Part shown: positions 25,520-39,565 of the stretch, in pieces
Position numbering within the stretch: the stretch's first letter is position 1
Layout: every line of letters begins with the position of its first letter
Source: Octopus sinensis
Taxonomy: Eukaryota
Assembly (NCBI RefSeq): GCF_006345805.1
Contig: NC_043004.1
Coordinates: 69,502,001 to 69,566,000, forward strand
Length of the DNA: 64,000 nucleotides
Direction of reading: 5' to 3'
Translations under genes and position numbers: made by a program
The notes under the pieces: generated by a model
Database searches by the model: none
Seen by the model: only the letters and a program-made list of their open reading frames with translations
What the model was told of the DNA's origin: nothing

Positions 25520-26032
25520 TAAGGTGCTGAGCTGGCAGAATCCTTACCATGCTGGACAAAATACTTGACAGTATTTCTTTCTGGACAGGGCGACGAGCTG
25601 GCAGAAATGTTAGCAGACTGGGTGAAATGCTTAGCAGTATTTTGTCTGCCGTTACATTCTGAGTTCAAATTCTGCCGAGGTCGACTTTGCCTTTCATCCT
25701 TTTGGGGTCGATAAATTAAGTACCAATTGCACACTGGGGGTCAATGTTATCAACTTAAATTCCTTTGTCTGTCCTTGTTTGTCTCCTCTATGTTTGGCCC
25801 CTTGTGGGCAATAAAGAAATAAGAATCCTTACCATGCTGGACAAAATACTTGACAGTATTTCTTTCTGTTTTACACTCTGATTTCAAAGGTCACCTGGGT
25901 CAACTTTTTGCCTTTCATCGTTTTGGGGTCTGTAATGTAAATCAGTTAAGCATTGGAGTCCGATGTAATCACCTTACAAACCCCCACCCACTTCCCACGA
26001 AATTGCTGGCCCTGTGCCAGAATTTGAAACCA
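25520..26032 (+). mobile_element. Family B SINE containing a younger family B SINE (25584-25821)
   Basis: Inner copy flanked by a 47-bp perfect duplication (25537-25583 = 25822-25868). Confidence 0.85.
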
Positions 26033-26429
26033 ATGTTCCAACATTGGTTAACCATGGTGGAACCAGATACAATTAAAAGACTAATCAAATTGATAAAGAG
26101 TTGTGAGATCAGTTTTAATTACCTGCTTTGATCTCACCCAACCACGACCAACACCACCAAAAAAAAAAAAATGGAAAACAAGGCATGGTCTTTTGACATA
26201 ATTTCTGCAGAACCTTTCATTTGCGGTTCCCTAATTTCTTCTCTTTGCAAGAGAAGAGGTTCAAACACAAACAGCAACTGTTGCCTATCATATTACACCT
26301 GCAGCTCTTTATAGAAAAATGTTGGGTAACTGAATACCTCCTCCTGACTTATATAGGAGTTTCGTGTTTCTGTGATGATATGCTGCTGTCATCATCATTC
26401 ATTTCACATCCGGATACGGGAGGGGGGGA

Positions 26430-26695
26430 TTCTTTCTTTTTCTTTCTTTCTTTTTGTCTTTCTTTCTTTCTGTCTGTCATTCTTTTATTCTCCTTTTCTT
26501 TCCTTCTCCTTTTCTTTCCTTCCTTCCTTCATTCTTTCCTTTCATTCTCATCCTTCCTTTCTTTCTCCTTTTCTTTTTGCTTTCTTTCCCTCTTTTCTTT
26601 TTACTTTCTTTCCTTCTTTCTTTCACATTCTTCCTTTCTTTCTTCCTTTCCCTTTTCTTTCTTTCCCTCCCTCTTTCCATCCATCCATCTATCCA
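26430..26695. repeat. Polypyrimidine (CTTT/CCTT)n low-complexity tract
   Basis: Direct inspection. Confidence 0.9.
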
Positions 26696-27209
26696 TCTTT
26701 GTGTTGGTTAGAAGCAACTCACAGACTGTCACATGTTGGTGCATATTTTCACATGGCAACAACAGACAAAATTACCATTCATTGTGTTTTGGGGGAGATT
26801 TTCATAAAGGCTTTCTTTTTTTCCTTATTTTTTTTATGCGTGGCTAGAAAATGCCCTTCTCATCTCAGACTGGGGAACCTTTTATCATGTCACTGGCATT
26901 AGAGATGTTGACTACACCAGGACTAAAAAGCCCTTTTTTACCCATATCAGTTTTTCTCATTTATAAGCACAGGCATAGCTGTGTGGTAAGAATCTTACTT
27001 CACAACCACATGGTTTCTGGTTCACTCCCACTGCAAGGCACCTTGGGCAAGTGTCTTCTACTATAGCAGCTGGATGATTGAAACTTTCTTAGAGTATTTG
27101 GCAGGCAAGGGTTGTCAACAGAGAGGACATCTGGACATAGAAGATCTGCCTCAGCAAATTCCATCTGATTCCTGCAAGCATGAAACAATAAACATTAAAA
27201 TGATGATGA

Positions 27210-27541
27210 TGAACACTGGCCAATGCCAGTGTTGCAGAACTGGCACCAATGCTGATGGCATGTGAAAAGCACCTTTGACCTTTGGGCCTCAAGGAGGCAA
27301 TGACAAGTGACTGAGTCCTTTGGCAATATACTGTGCTTGAGGAGACTGATCAAGCCAAGTGAGATTGTAGTTGTGGCTGACGCTGGTGTTTTGTAACTGG
27401 CACATAAACAGCACCCACTACACTCTTGGAATTGTTGGCATTAGGAAGGGCATCCAGCTGTAGAAACTGCCATATCAGATTGGAACCTGGGGTAGCTCCC
27501 CAGCATGGAAAGTGGACATTAAATGGTGATGATGATGATGA
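27210..27541 (+). mobile_element. RTE-LINE 3' end (ORF tail plus UTR)
   Basis: LGLKEAMTSD..LWQYTVLEET-like coding remnant, then the UTR and a (GAT)n tail. Confidence 0.75.
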
Positions 27542-27614
27542 GTTTCATATGATAGAACTCCTGGTGGTCTTAGGCAGGTCAATATCAAAGATGTTAATCA
27601 GCTATATTCTATCC

Positions 27615-27617
<3 letters not shown>

Positions 27618-27691
<74 letters not shown>
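27618..27691. repeat. (CT)n microsatellite
   Basis: Direct inspection. Confidence 0.95.
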
Positions 27692-27695
<4 letters not shown>

Positions 27696-28205
27696 ATATA
27701 GTCTTGTACCAAAGTTAGAAATCAGCTTTATTAGTTCTGCCGTTTTGTTTGGATTGACGTGTATCGCAACATTCTTGGCAATAAATATTTTAATTCCTTC
27801 CAGAATTTTCTGTGTTGTATTGAAGCCATGTTGAGTAAAAACAATTATTTTGTCTTAAACTTTGGTGATGTTGTTGTCATAGTATCGAGTATCAGCCATC
27901 GCACTGGAGAATGTCAAGTTAGACAGGGAAATCTTAAGAATTCCAGTTGATATTCTATCGCCGTCCAGAATCTTCAAGATGTGTAGTGTTTGTTTAGGAA
28001 GCTTATAATTTTGGATAACTGCATCATATCTTCTTCATAAATACAGCATAACTTCATCATAATCACATCATGAAAATACAATATCGTATCACCATCAAAA
28101 CATAACGTCATAAAAACATCATGTCATCATAAAAATTTGACAAAGTGTGACATCATAAAAAATACAACTACACTATTACTCCATCAAAATTTAACATCAT
28201 AGCTA

Positions 28206-29134
28206 TGAGGTGCATTCAAAAAGTATCCACTTTTATTTTACCCACCAAAATTAATACCTCATGGATAAAATCTTTTGGATGGGAGGTGACACCACCCTTC
28301 CTGCACATGCATGAAACTTTTTGTGCTGGTAGGCCACATTAGTTCCTGGCTGTTACACCTAGAATCCAGACGTGCAGGGCATGCTCATCAGATTTTCATT
28401 TTCACAAAAGGGGACTGAATGCATTGAGCAGAGATATTGCATCAAGTTTTGCCAAAATCCTGGTGAGATTCAAGCTCAAAACACCCAGAAGTTCCAACAG
28501 ACCTTTGATGAAAATGCCATGGGCAAAACCCAGATCAAGAGGTGGTAGATCCACTTGAAAAATGGCTGCACCTCAGTGGAGGGCGAAACATGCTCAGGCA
28601 GGCCATCCACATACTGAAATGAGGAGCCAATTGAGAAGGTTCTGTGAATAGTCATGGAAGACCATCATGTAACAATCTAGGAAATTGCTCACGAAATGGG
28701 AATGAGCACAGGATGAGCTGATTCCATTGTAATGGAGGGTTTGTGCATCTGGGGAGTAGCAGCAAAAAAATAAAGTTCGATACTTTTTGAACACACTCTG
28801 TGACCCAACTTCTTTGGTCAAGAACAACAACATATCGCATGTTTGACAGGCTCCCTGCTCTCCCAACTTGGTACCGTGCAACTTCTGGTTCCTCTCCAAA
28901 CTGAAAACCATGTTGAAAGGGAAGCAATTTGAGTTGTGAGAGGAAACGACAAGAAAAGAAACTGTAGAGCATCATAACATTTCAGAGTAGGTGTCCTCTA
29001 AGTGTTACCAGCAGTGACAGAACCACCGGGAGGCATGTGTGAACCCTCAAGGGCATTATCTTGAAGGTGAACAAAATAAAAATTTGTGATATGTGCAAAA
29101 TTTAAAAAGTCCAATACTTTTTGAACGCACCTCA
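28206..29134 (+). mobile_element. Fossil mariner transposon, internally deleted
   Basis: TIRs tgaggtgcattcaaaaagtat / atactttttgaacgcacctca; transposase remnants EQRYCIKFCQ and PCSPNLVPCNFWFLSKLK (YSPDLAP motif), with stops and frameshifts. Confidence 0.85.
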
Positions 29135-30793
29135 TGCATCATTGTTACATCATAACTACATTATTATTATAATGTACCTAACTTCATAATTACATATATA
29201 TATATACACGTCATAACTTCATAATTATTATATCATACCTTCATTGTAACTACATCATACTGTCATCACAGCTTCATAACTACCTCTTAACAGCATCATA
29301 ACTATGTCATAATTACTGTCAGCTGCATCTTACAATAAAAACACCCCCACAGAATCTCATCCCTCACTATATGTAGTCTTTGATCTCATCCTTTCAACCC
29401 CTCAACACGTCTTTAGCAATGCCAACCAAGAAACTTCTGTTCCGTTTCAATACACTGGAATCTTGACTTGTTTTGTCAGCAATAACAAGACACAGATCTA
29501 ACGTGTTTGGTACTGGTGAGGATAATAATGGTTAATATATTAACCAATATGTCTCAAAAGAAGCTGTCACATTTTGTGATCTGCTAATTCTGCCTGAGAA
29601 TTGAATTAAAGGTATGCATGTCTTTGATGCCTGTGGAGTACTCAGCCATTTATGTATTAATTTTGAAGTTCAGTTTATTCAGCAACTGAATGCTTACCAT
29701 CAAAAGTGTCAGAGGAACCATCAGATATGTTTAATCTACCAGCTTGGTTTTCTTTTGTGTGTGTTGTCTTTACTGCTCCCTTTCTCTTCAGTGAGAATTT
29801 TGAAACTGCTTAGTACCAAACTTGAGATTCCCATGACTCTCTCTGTCAATCCTGAGATTTCTGTGGATGTATGTCAACCCAAAGATTTTCATGGTTATCT
29901 ACATCAGCCCAGAAATGCTCTCTGAACCTAGAAATCTCTCTGGCTCTCCACATCAATTGAGAGATTCTTGTGACTATCTCTGCCAACTAGTATTGAAAAA
30001 TAGATGTTGAATAAACAAACAGATACATGTTCTGATTACTTTTACAATCTGGTTGGTTCAACAACTGATGGAAGCATGACAAAACAGTGTAATGGTGTTT
30101 ACATTCATGGTTGACATCATGTCCGATCACTCTGATCTCTCAAGGACTTGTCGAATATAGAGAGAAAGAAAACAATCTCTTGAAAGACAGGTAAGTGTTG
30201 GTGACATCAAGAGCGTCTGGCCATAAAAACCCTACCTCAAATGTGTCCTTATGCAACCCATGCTAGTATTAAAAAACAGATGTTAAACAAATGAACAAAC
30301 ACCTACATGTTCTTTTTCACCTTTACCATCTGGTTAGTTCGACATTTTGATAGATATCCATCTGATTCACAATCTGTTAAAGAGAGAAACCAACAGAAAA
30401 ATAACAACAATTCCCGGCTATTCTCTCTATATGTAGCTACCATCCCACTCTCTTCCCCCTCCCCCCCCCAAGCACTATTTTGGATTGGGTTGGTTATTTT
30501 TTTTGTTAAATACACTTTATATCTTTATTAATACTTTTAGTTTTATCAGACCTCATTCAATACGGCAACTAAAATTACCTATTTGTCTGCAAGTTCCACG
30601 CTTCTGTTGTTGTTGTTGTTGTTGTTGGTGGTAGTGGTGTAGCAGCAGTAGTAGTAGTAGTAGATAAAATAAAAATTATTTTTTCCTGTCTGGTGGCTAT
30701 ATTGGTAAATAGTAACCATTATCCAAATTGGTTCACAATGGAACATTCTTACTAGTTAACTCTAATTGACAAGCCTGATTTATTATTTGCGTA

Positions 30794-30829
<36 letters not shown>

Positions 30830-31530
30830 ATGTATATATAATGTATATATGTGTTTGCATGTTCATGTGTATGTGTGTGCATATAAATGTTTATATATTA
30901 TTTATTGTTCCTTGTTAGTTTCAATCAATCACTCAAGTCAATCAATCGATACAGAGCAGTAATGAGTGAGCCGGTTGTTTTGTGGATAAACCTGTAGAAC
31001 CAGACCAAAGTTAAACTAAATCTGTCCGCATGGCTGACATGAAAGAATCAATCTCTAATGAAAATCCAACTGCTTCAGACCAAAGTAATATCACTTTGAT
31101 TTTCTGAAGAGTTCATTGATATCTAACACCATTCCAGAGTTTGTATAATGCTACTCTTTTACTCTTTCATAACTGGTTTAGCATGTTGTGCTGTGACCAC
31201 ACTGAAGTACCCACATGATAGAGGGATTTTTGTGTTTTTTTGTTTTTTTTTGTTTAGTTAATCAAATTTACCTCAGTACTTAATTTTTTGTTTTTCCAGA
31301 GTTTGTGGAATACTACTCTTTTACTCTTTCATAACTGGCATAACTTGATGGGCTGCAGCCAATGAATAGTTTTTTTTTTCCCTGGCAGTCAAATTAATCC
31401 CACTGCTTTTTTTATTTTTTTAATCTTATATTCATTCTGTCTAGCTCTATTTTGCTGAACTGCTAAGTTATGGGAACTTTAAACAAAAAAAAAAGCTAAG
31501 TCAAGTACAGCATACGTATCATCATTGTTA

Positions 31531-31730
31531 TCCATGCTTGTATTGGTCAGATGGAATTGGCCCATGCTTGTATTGGTCAGATGGAATTGGCACATGCTTG
31601 TATTGGTCAGATGGAATTGGTCTATGCTTCTATTGGTCAGATGGAATTTGGCCATGCTTGTATTGGTCAGATGGAATTGGGCCATGCTTGTATTAGTCAG
31701 ATGGAATTGGGCCATGCTTTATTGGTCAGA
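31531..31730 (+). repeat. 30-bp minisatellite (~6.7 copies) ccatgcttgtattggtcagatggaattggg
   Basis: Direct inspection. Confidence 0.95.
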
Positions 31731-32489
31731 TAGAGTTCATTGTAGCAGATTTTCTACAGTCAGATGCCCTTACTGTCACCAATCCTTCAACCACTGGCTC
31801 AGGAATGAAATTTGTTTAGGGGCTTCAAACCCAAGTCCAAAATTTTTGCAAACAAAATTGTTATTTTATATATTTTTTCTCTGTTCTTTGAGAAGAAACT
31901 GAACTTCTAGCAACTTTTTACAAACCACTTTTGAAGCAGTATTTTCTAAACCTAAGAAGAATAAGTAGGGGTACAAATTTTGATTTTTCATCCCCAAAAC
32001 ATTTCAGGCGATGCACTTGCATCCCGTGTTCCCAGGCCCATGCTCACAACATTAGACATATCTCCAAAGATTGGAAACAAAGGAGATCACTCACATGACA
32101 GTGACACTAGCTTACAACTATCATGCAATGTCAAAGAAAGGAGAGAGCAACGCCATTCTGTCAACAAATAAGGGAGGACATATGGATTCTTAGACAGCTG
32201 TGTGTGTCCTGCTACAGTATATTGGATAACCAACAAGGTAGAGGAGTCCTAGATCAAAGGCTTGAAGATTATTGTGGCCAAATGGAAGATCTGTACCTTC
32301 AGACAACAGTTGGGTGTTATCTAGCAAGTGAGCTGCTACTGCAGAGCAGTCTCATCATTGACCATGTTCATTGTGCTCTTGTGCACCACTTGGTACCTAC
32401 CATGGAGGCCCAGAGTACCTCCCATGGAGGCCTGGCAGGAGAATGGCACCAACTGCCTTACTCACCATCCAAAGTGTTTTGTTCATCTG

Positions 32490-32845
32490 AACCAGTCATT
32501 CTCAATCAATGTCCATGTGGCCCTTGAAGGTTCATTGTAAAATATTTGGGTGTCCATGCAACAAAATAGTAAACTGGGGATCCACAAAAGTATTTTAAGG
32601 GTCCCTGAAAAAGTTTTGCTTTAGATGTATGTATTGGTATGTATAGCAAGAAGCAGTTGGGTTTCTTTCTCTAACATTTTACAGAATTCAACCTACACAA
32701 GTTAATGTGTAAAAAACAAAATAGGGGTTTTGAAAGTAATTTCTATGAAACTAGTTTTTAGACATTGAATAGCTATGGGGATCCACCAAAATAAAATAGT
32801 AATCAAAGGGGTCATAGATTAAAAAAAATGATTGAGAACCCTGAT
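32490..32845 (-). mobile_element. hAT MITE, same family as 4822-5154
   Basis: Reverse-complement homology; ends atgattgagaaccctg. Confidence 0.75.
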
Positions 32846-32934
32846 CTGAACAGAACAGTTAACATCAACCTATGACAGGCAGCCACCACATACATACACA
32901 CCCATGCACATATGTGCATGTGAATAATTTTGTA

Positions 32935-33096
32935 AGGCATGGGAGTGGCTGTGTGGTAAGTAGCTTGCTTACGAACCACATGGTTCGGGTTCAGTACCAC
33001 TGCGTGGCACCTTAGGCAAGTGTCTTTTACTATAGCCTTGGGCCAACCAAAGCCTTGGGAGTGGATTTGGTAGACAGAAACTGAAAGCAGCCCATC

Positions 33097-33156
<60 letters not shown>

Positions 33157-33367
33157 GTATGCATGTGTGTCTATGTTTGTCCCCCCTAACATTGCTTGAC
33201 AACCGATGCTGGTGTGTTTTCGTCCCCGTAACTTAGTGGTTCGGTGAAAGAGACCGATAGAATAAGTACTAGGCTTACAAAGAATAAGTCCTTGGATCGA
33301 TTTGCTCGACTAAAGGTGGTGCTCCAGCATGGCCACAGTCAAATGACTGAAACAAGTAAAAGAGTAA
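32935..33367 (+). mobile_element. SINE family A, full length
   Basis: ggagtggctgtgtggtaagtagcttg head through gactgaaacaagtaaaagag tail. Confidence 0.9.
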
Positions 33368-35257
33368 GGGTATATTCAAGATTCATTCTTTCAATTCATT
33401 CATTTCACATAGATATTGATCTCTAAGAACCCTAACTAATTTCAAATTAATTGTGGAGCACTGCTCTCAGTGAGTAAATGCTTCAGTTTCTCTAATTAAG
33501 CTCTTACCTTGTTAAGTTAATGTGTATCTGGTTACTATAAATAAACTCATGCAGATACATGTATGAATGAATGTGTGTGCATATATATATATATATATAT
33601 TTAGTCAGCCTCATAGCTATAGAGGTGTGTGTGGTGCGCATTCATGCACATATGCACACACACCCACACACTCTTTGAAAGTTTGGGGAAGTAGAAAAAT
33701 GTTATATATATAAGTGTGTGTGTGTGTAAACATCAAATTAAAATTTCTATTTTTTATGAACTTCCTTTCAAAAACTTACTGTTACTAATACTACTACTAC
33801 AACAACTACCACCACCATTACTACTGCCACAGCTACAATATTTAGCAGTGGTGGTGTTGTTGTTGTTGTTGAGGCAAACAGGTCATTTCCAGTTTTATGA
33901 TTTCATGATAATGAAAGAGCTGACTGTTTTAAGGGCACTTCATTTAGCAACTGGGGAATCAACACAAACTTCTTTACGTAATTTTCTAACAAGGGACATT
34001 ATTTTGTTTATGCACACACACATACATTTACGTTTGTGGTGGTGGTGGTGGTGGGGGGGGGGGGGTAAACCTTGCTCTGTGTGTGCTTGACTGCATTTGT
34101 GAATGTGCGTAAGGGGGGGAGGACCGTTATGTACAGTTACATAGTAATGAGCTTCTTTAAGAAGGAAATAGTTTCTTATCCAAGAGAAGAGCATTAAATC
34201 AATATGTCAGAAATCATCATCACTGTCATTATTATTATTATTATTATTATTATTGTTGTTGTTGTTGTTATTTACCCATAAAAAAATTATTTTTAACCAG
34301 TATGTATGACGATGCAGAGTGCACTAATTAGGGATGCTCAATTTGACAGCATCAATTAAATGTCATGTATTGCCATGTAGGTATGTTTGCCCACCCCCAC
34401 ACACACAAATTCATTCACATATACATACATACAAGCGTATACATATACATACCAATGTGTGAGCCTCAACATGGATTAGTCAACCTACTTGAAATAACAG
34501 CCAAATCTCCCTCAAATCATTCTTTACTATTTTTTTCACAAAAAAGGAAAGAAATTGGATAATGTTGTTTAGATACTCTATGTAAAACGACAAAAAATTT
34601 TGAGAATGATGGGATGGTCATATCTGGAATGCTTTAATCATAGACCTCTTCACTCAAGGTTCGTCTGGGACCAAGCAACACAGATGAATACCCCTTTGCG
34701 GTGACCTTTAGCATGGTGAGCAGACTTGGTAAAAATAACAACCAAATCTCCCTCAAATTACAAAAGGACATGCAAAAACAAAAGGACACATTGGGTAATG
34801 TATACTTGGGAGGGAAGAAAAAGACAGGTTGGTCGAGGATGGAATGTCTTTGTTGGTTTTAGTTATAGATCTGCTCAGTTTAGTTACAGTTCTGACTTGC
34901 CGGTTAGCAACAATGAAATGAATGGAACATTAGCAACATTGATCAAATGAATGGAGCATTGACTTGGCTGCCCTGTTCAGCTCTAAAGTAACCAGAAGTT
35001 TGGTTTGCTTAGGGTTAAAATAGAAGATACCTGCTTAAAATCTATGATGCAGTAGCACCAGAGGCCATACGTTGAGAAATGTATGAGGCTGCATCTCTTG
35101 CACTGAATTTAACATTTAATGCATCCAAACCTTTCTTCATTAATCAATCATCAATACTGTTCATAGATGACAAATTTTTGATATCTTCGTTATCTGTTAT
35201 TGATTTCAGCCAGAAGTTGTGGTCATACTGGAGGTTCATAATAAATCATTGACTTAA

Positions 35258-35660
35258 GCACAGGTGTGACTGTGTGGTCAGATGTTTGCTTCCCGATCAC
35301 ATGGTACCAGGTTCAGTCTTACTGCGTGGTACCTTGGGCATGTGTCTGCTTCTATAGCTTCGGGCCAACCAATGCGTTGTGAGTAGATTTGGTAGAGAAA
35401 CTGAAAGAAGCTTGTCGTATATGTGTGCGTGAGGGCACACCTGTGTTTGTGTTTGTTCCTCACCAGCACTTGACAACTGGTGTTGGTGTGTTTATATCCC
35501 TGTAACTTAGCGGTTCAACTAAAGGGACCAATATAATAAGTATGAGTCTTCAAACAAAAAAAATAAGTACTGGAAATGATTCGTTCAACTGAAACTCTTC
35601 AATACAGTACCCCAGCATGGCCACAGTGGAATAATTGAAATGCGTAGAAGTTAAAAGATA
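35258..35660 (+). mobile_element. SINE family A, older copy
   Basis: Collinear with consensus but more diverged. Confidence 0.8.
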
Positions 35661-36454
35661 CTTGATTGTTATTGTTCTTTATGTCTGGTTCAACCCTGAT
35701 TGAATAGACTTATGATCAAAGGCATTCCAGCCATGGCCTTCTTGTTGACTTTTAGTAATTGATCCAACTCTCTATACTCTGTATTCTGAGTTCAAATCCC
35801 ACTGAGGTCACCACTGAGGTCTCTCCTTCCCTCTGGCCAAATGAACAGGACTTAAAATATTTAATTCAAAAACAGAGAATTCTCTATGCAGAATTGGTAA
35901 ACAAAGTAGTATTATATGCTGAAGATTTGATACCTTCTCCTGCTTCTTGTAGAATCCATATTCCCATATTGACTGTGAAAGGTGTCTGTATGTATACATG
36001 TGTGTATCATTCTATGACACTACTAAGCTGGTTTCTGTAGCAAGGTTCAGTATCACTCCGGTCGTTTCAGTGAATTCTTACTTTCTCTCTGTGAATGGTT
36101 TCAGCCTACAAAAGAATATATTCCAATATCATTATTCATTCTGTAATGTTACAATGTTTAATGGTTTATTCAGACATTTTTTTTTTTCTCTGCAATATTT
36201 CTAAACAAATTTTTTTGTGAGAAAAGTTGCTGTTTCTGTTTATGAAAATCTTTAATATTCTGTAATTATTATCGGTTGTTTTTTTATATATATTTTTGTT
36301 TATTTCAGTTTAATGAAAATCTAGGCTGATAGTTTCTTGGCATTAACACAAATTCACAGTTAAAAACACACACACATAACTATATATATAAATCAACATA
36401 ATTATATAAACATGTGCTATGTATATATGTGGGTGTATATGCATACACTTTACA

Positions 36455-36639
36455 CTTTTACTGCAGCCATGCTGGAGCACCACCTTTAATCAAGCAAATT
36501 GACCCCAGGACTTATTCTTCGTAAGCCTTGTACTTATTCTATCGGTCTCTTTTGCCGAACTGCTAAGTTATGGAGACGCAAACACACCACCATCGGTTGT
36601 CAAGCGATGTTGGGGAGACAGACACACAAACACATACAT

Positions 36640-36725
<86 letters not shown>

Positions 36726-36902
36726 TAACATATATATGACAGGCTTCTTTCAGTTTCCGTCTACCAAATCCACTCACAAGGCTTTGATCAGCCTGAGGCT
36801 ATAGTAGAAGGCACTTGCCTAAGGTGCCACGCAGTGGGACTGAACCCAGAACTATGTGGTTGGTAAGCAAGCTACTTACCACACAGCCACTCCTGCGCCT
36901 AT
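36455..36902 (-). mobile_element. SINE family A, near full length, with expanded central (TA)n
   Basis: Near-consensus sequence. Confidence 0.9.
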
Positions 36903-37154
36903 TACATATTATATGTATGTATGTTTTATCTTTTACTTGTTTCAGTCATTAGACTGCGGTCATGCTAGGGCCACCACATTGAAGAACTTTTAGTCAAAAA
37001 AATCTGCCCCAGAACTTTTTCTTTAAATTCCATGTACTAATTCATTTGCCGAACTGCTATGGTAAGGGGATGTAAACACACCAACACTGGTTGTCAAGTG
37101 GTGGTAGATAAATACTGACACAAACATGCACACACATACTTACAGGCATATATA

Positions 37155-37720
37155 TCATCATTTAATATCCGTTGTCCATGCTGGCATGGGTTGGATGGTT
37201 TGACCAGGGCTGGTAAACTGTGGGGCTGCACCAGACTCTAGTCTGATTTAGCATGGTTTCTATGGCAGGATGCCCCTAATTCCAAACACTCAGAGAGTGT
37301 AATGGGTTCTTTCATGACACCAGTATCTGCCATGACAATGATTTCACTTGGCAGGATGTGTCTTCTTCTCAAGCACGGCGTATTGCCAAGGGTCTCAGTC
37401 ATTAGTCATTGGCTCCATGACGCCCAATGCTTGAATTGTGCTTTTTATGTGCCACTGGTACAGGTGCCAGTTATGTGATACCAGCATTGGCCACAACTGA
37501 TTTCACTCTGCTTGACGGGTCGTCTCAAGCACAGCATATCGCTAAAGGTCTCAGTCACCAGTCATTTCCTTTGTCAGGCCCAACATTCAAAGATCATGCT
37601 TTACCACCTTGTCCCATGTCTTCCTGGGTCTACCTGTACCACAGGTTCCCTCTACAGTTAGAGATCGGCACTTCTTTGCACAACTGTCCTCATCCATATG
37701 CATCACATGATCATACCAGC
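37155..37720 (-). mobile_element. RTE-LINE 3' end including the ORF C-terminus
   Basis: WYDHVMHMDEDSCAKKCRSLTVEGTCGTGRPRKTWDKVVKHDL is the classical RTE C-terminal W.GHV.RM...GRPRKTW. Confidence 0.85.
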
Positions 37721-38127
37721 ACACATGTGTGTGTGTGTGTGTGTGATCATCATTTAATGTCTGTGTTTCATGCTGGCATGGGTTGGATGGTTTGACAAGA
37801 TCTGAAATGTCAAAGGTCTTTCCTAATGCCAATCACTTTATACCTTGGACTGCATGCTTTTTTCTGGGTCACCTGCATGATTGAGGTCACCATACAGCTC
37901 ACAGAGCTACAAACCCAAGGGGCTGGGGTGCAATGTAGTTATATAAACCTACATATGTATATATGTGTATCATCATCATCATGTGTGTGTGTTTATAGAT
38001 ATTAAGAAGGGTAATCAGCCACAGACACCATACCAAAGCCCATACTGCAGCTTCGCCCAGCCCTGCAGCTTTCCAGAACCTGTCAATCTGAGAACAGTGC
38101 ATCTACCTACATCAATTGCTGGGGGAT

Positions 38128-38584
38128 GGGGGGTAGTGCTGTCCTGGGTCAAGGATGACTCTGTACCATGCCACACAAGCAAGAGAACCTAGTCATGGCT
38201 GTCAGGCAATTTCTGAAACTACATCACCCCTAATATCTGGCCACCTAACTCCCCAGACTGCCATCCCCTTGATTATTATTTATTTGTGGAGCGCAGTTGA
38301 GCAAAGGACCAACAAAATTCCTTGTAACACCAAATTTGAACTGAAGGCAAGGATTAAGGCAGCATTCACTAACTTAAACACAGACCATCCAGAAGAGTTG
38401 CAGGAGATTCTAAAGCCATCTGGAGGCTGTGGTTGAAGCTAATGGCGATTTTATCGAATAAATTTACTCTTTAGTATTTCAAGATATTTTTATGTAATTT
38501 TGGTCAATATATCTATTAAAATGAGATGTCAGTGTTATTTTCATTTTTGCGTAATTTAGACAACAATTTATTCACCATACCTTG
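38128..38584 (+). mobile_element. Fossil maT/DD37D-like (Tc1-mariner) transposon, 3' part
   Basis: DSVPCHTSKRT, WPPNSPDCHPLDYY..WSAVE and LEAVVEANGDFIE* remnants; probable right TIR ending caccataccttg|ta. Confidence 0.75.
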
Positions 38585-38624
38585 TATATATATGTATGTG
38601 TGTCTGTGTGTATATATATACTTA

Positions 38625-38677
<53 letters not shown>

Positions 38678-39519
38678 CTGTGTGTATGCATGTCTACACA
38701 CACACATAGAAATGATGAATAGCTTTCATCAAATGGCATTAGTTATATAAAACTTTCAACAGGAAGTTATTATTTTTGTTTTGTTTTGTTCTTGTTTTTA
38801 TAATGAAATGATATAAATAAAAACTAAGAATATTTATCTGTATGTCTTCTGCCATTCCTTGCTGTATTTATTATTCCACTCAATATTAGGTTATTTAAAG
38901 GAGCACTTAACTAGTCCCTCGTAACGGTGATGATTCACATTGCTAACTCTACTATTAAAAGTTTCCATAGCAATAATATTCTCCACAATCAAAATATTTA
39001 CTTCAGAATTTTTTTTTTCTTCAATGTCATTTGGAAGAAAAAGGAAACCAGAAAGATAATATTTAAAATTGATTTTAAAAACTCATTAAAAAATTTCTAT
39101 TTGGAATTGTATTTAACCCTTTCCTTACTGTCTACCTTATTTCTCTTCAAATATACTGTCCTTTGTGAAGGCACCTGGCTTAGTGCTTAGGGTATTACAT
39201 AAAGGTTCCCAGCACATTGTTGGTGGTCATTCATCAGTTGAGATGAATGACTGTTTGCATCCTCCTCCCCTGTCACACCACTGTCCCTCTCTATTCTAAA
39301 GTGGACTCTGTCATCACATACAGTAGTAGTACTATGCTCCAAGCCACACAGCCACCACTCCACTCCTCTTTGTTGTTTGGAGAGACTGTTTTGAGTGGCT
39401 GAATTAAGGATAACCATTCTAACAATGGATCAACAGATAAGCAATTGTGTGGAGTGGTGTAATGGCTTCAGTGGTTATCTTCTTACTTATGCACTCCTTC
39501 CTTCCTTCTGCCATGTGTG

Positions 39520-39565
<46 letters not shown>

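Noticed and set aside
26221-26902. 208-aa and 176-aa Phe/Ser/Leu-rich ORFs resembling membrane proteins
   Set aside because: Translation of a stop-free polypyrimidine tract.
31531-31730. CRISPR-like 30-bp repeat array
   Set aside because: Contiguous tandem units with no unique spacers, in a eukaryotic context with no cas genes.
32123-32527. 134-aa ORF
   Set aside because: No recognisable domain; runs into a hAT MITE and is probably decayed repeat sequence.
32935-33010. tRNA gene (box A/B motifs)
   Set aside because: tRNA-derived SINE head without a complete cloverleaf; continues into the SINE body.
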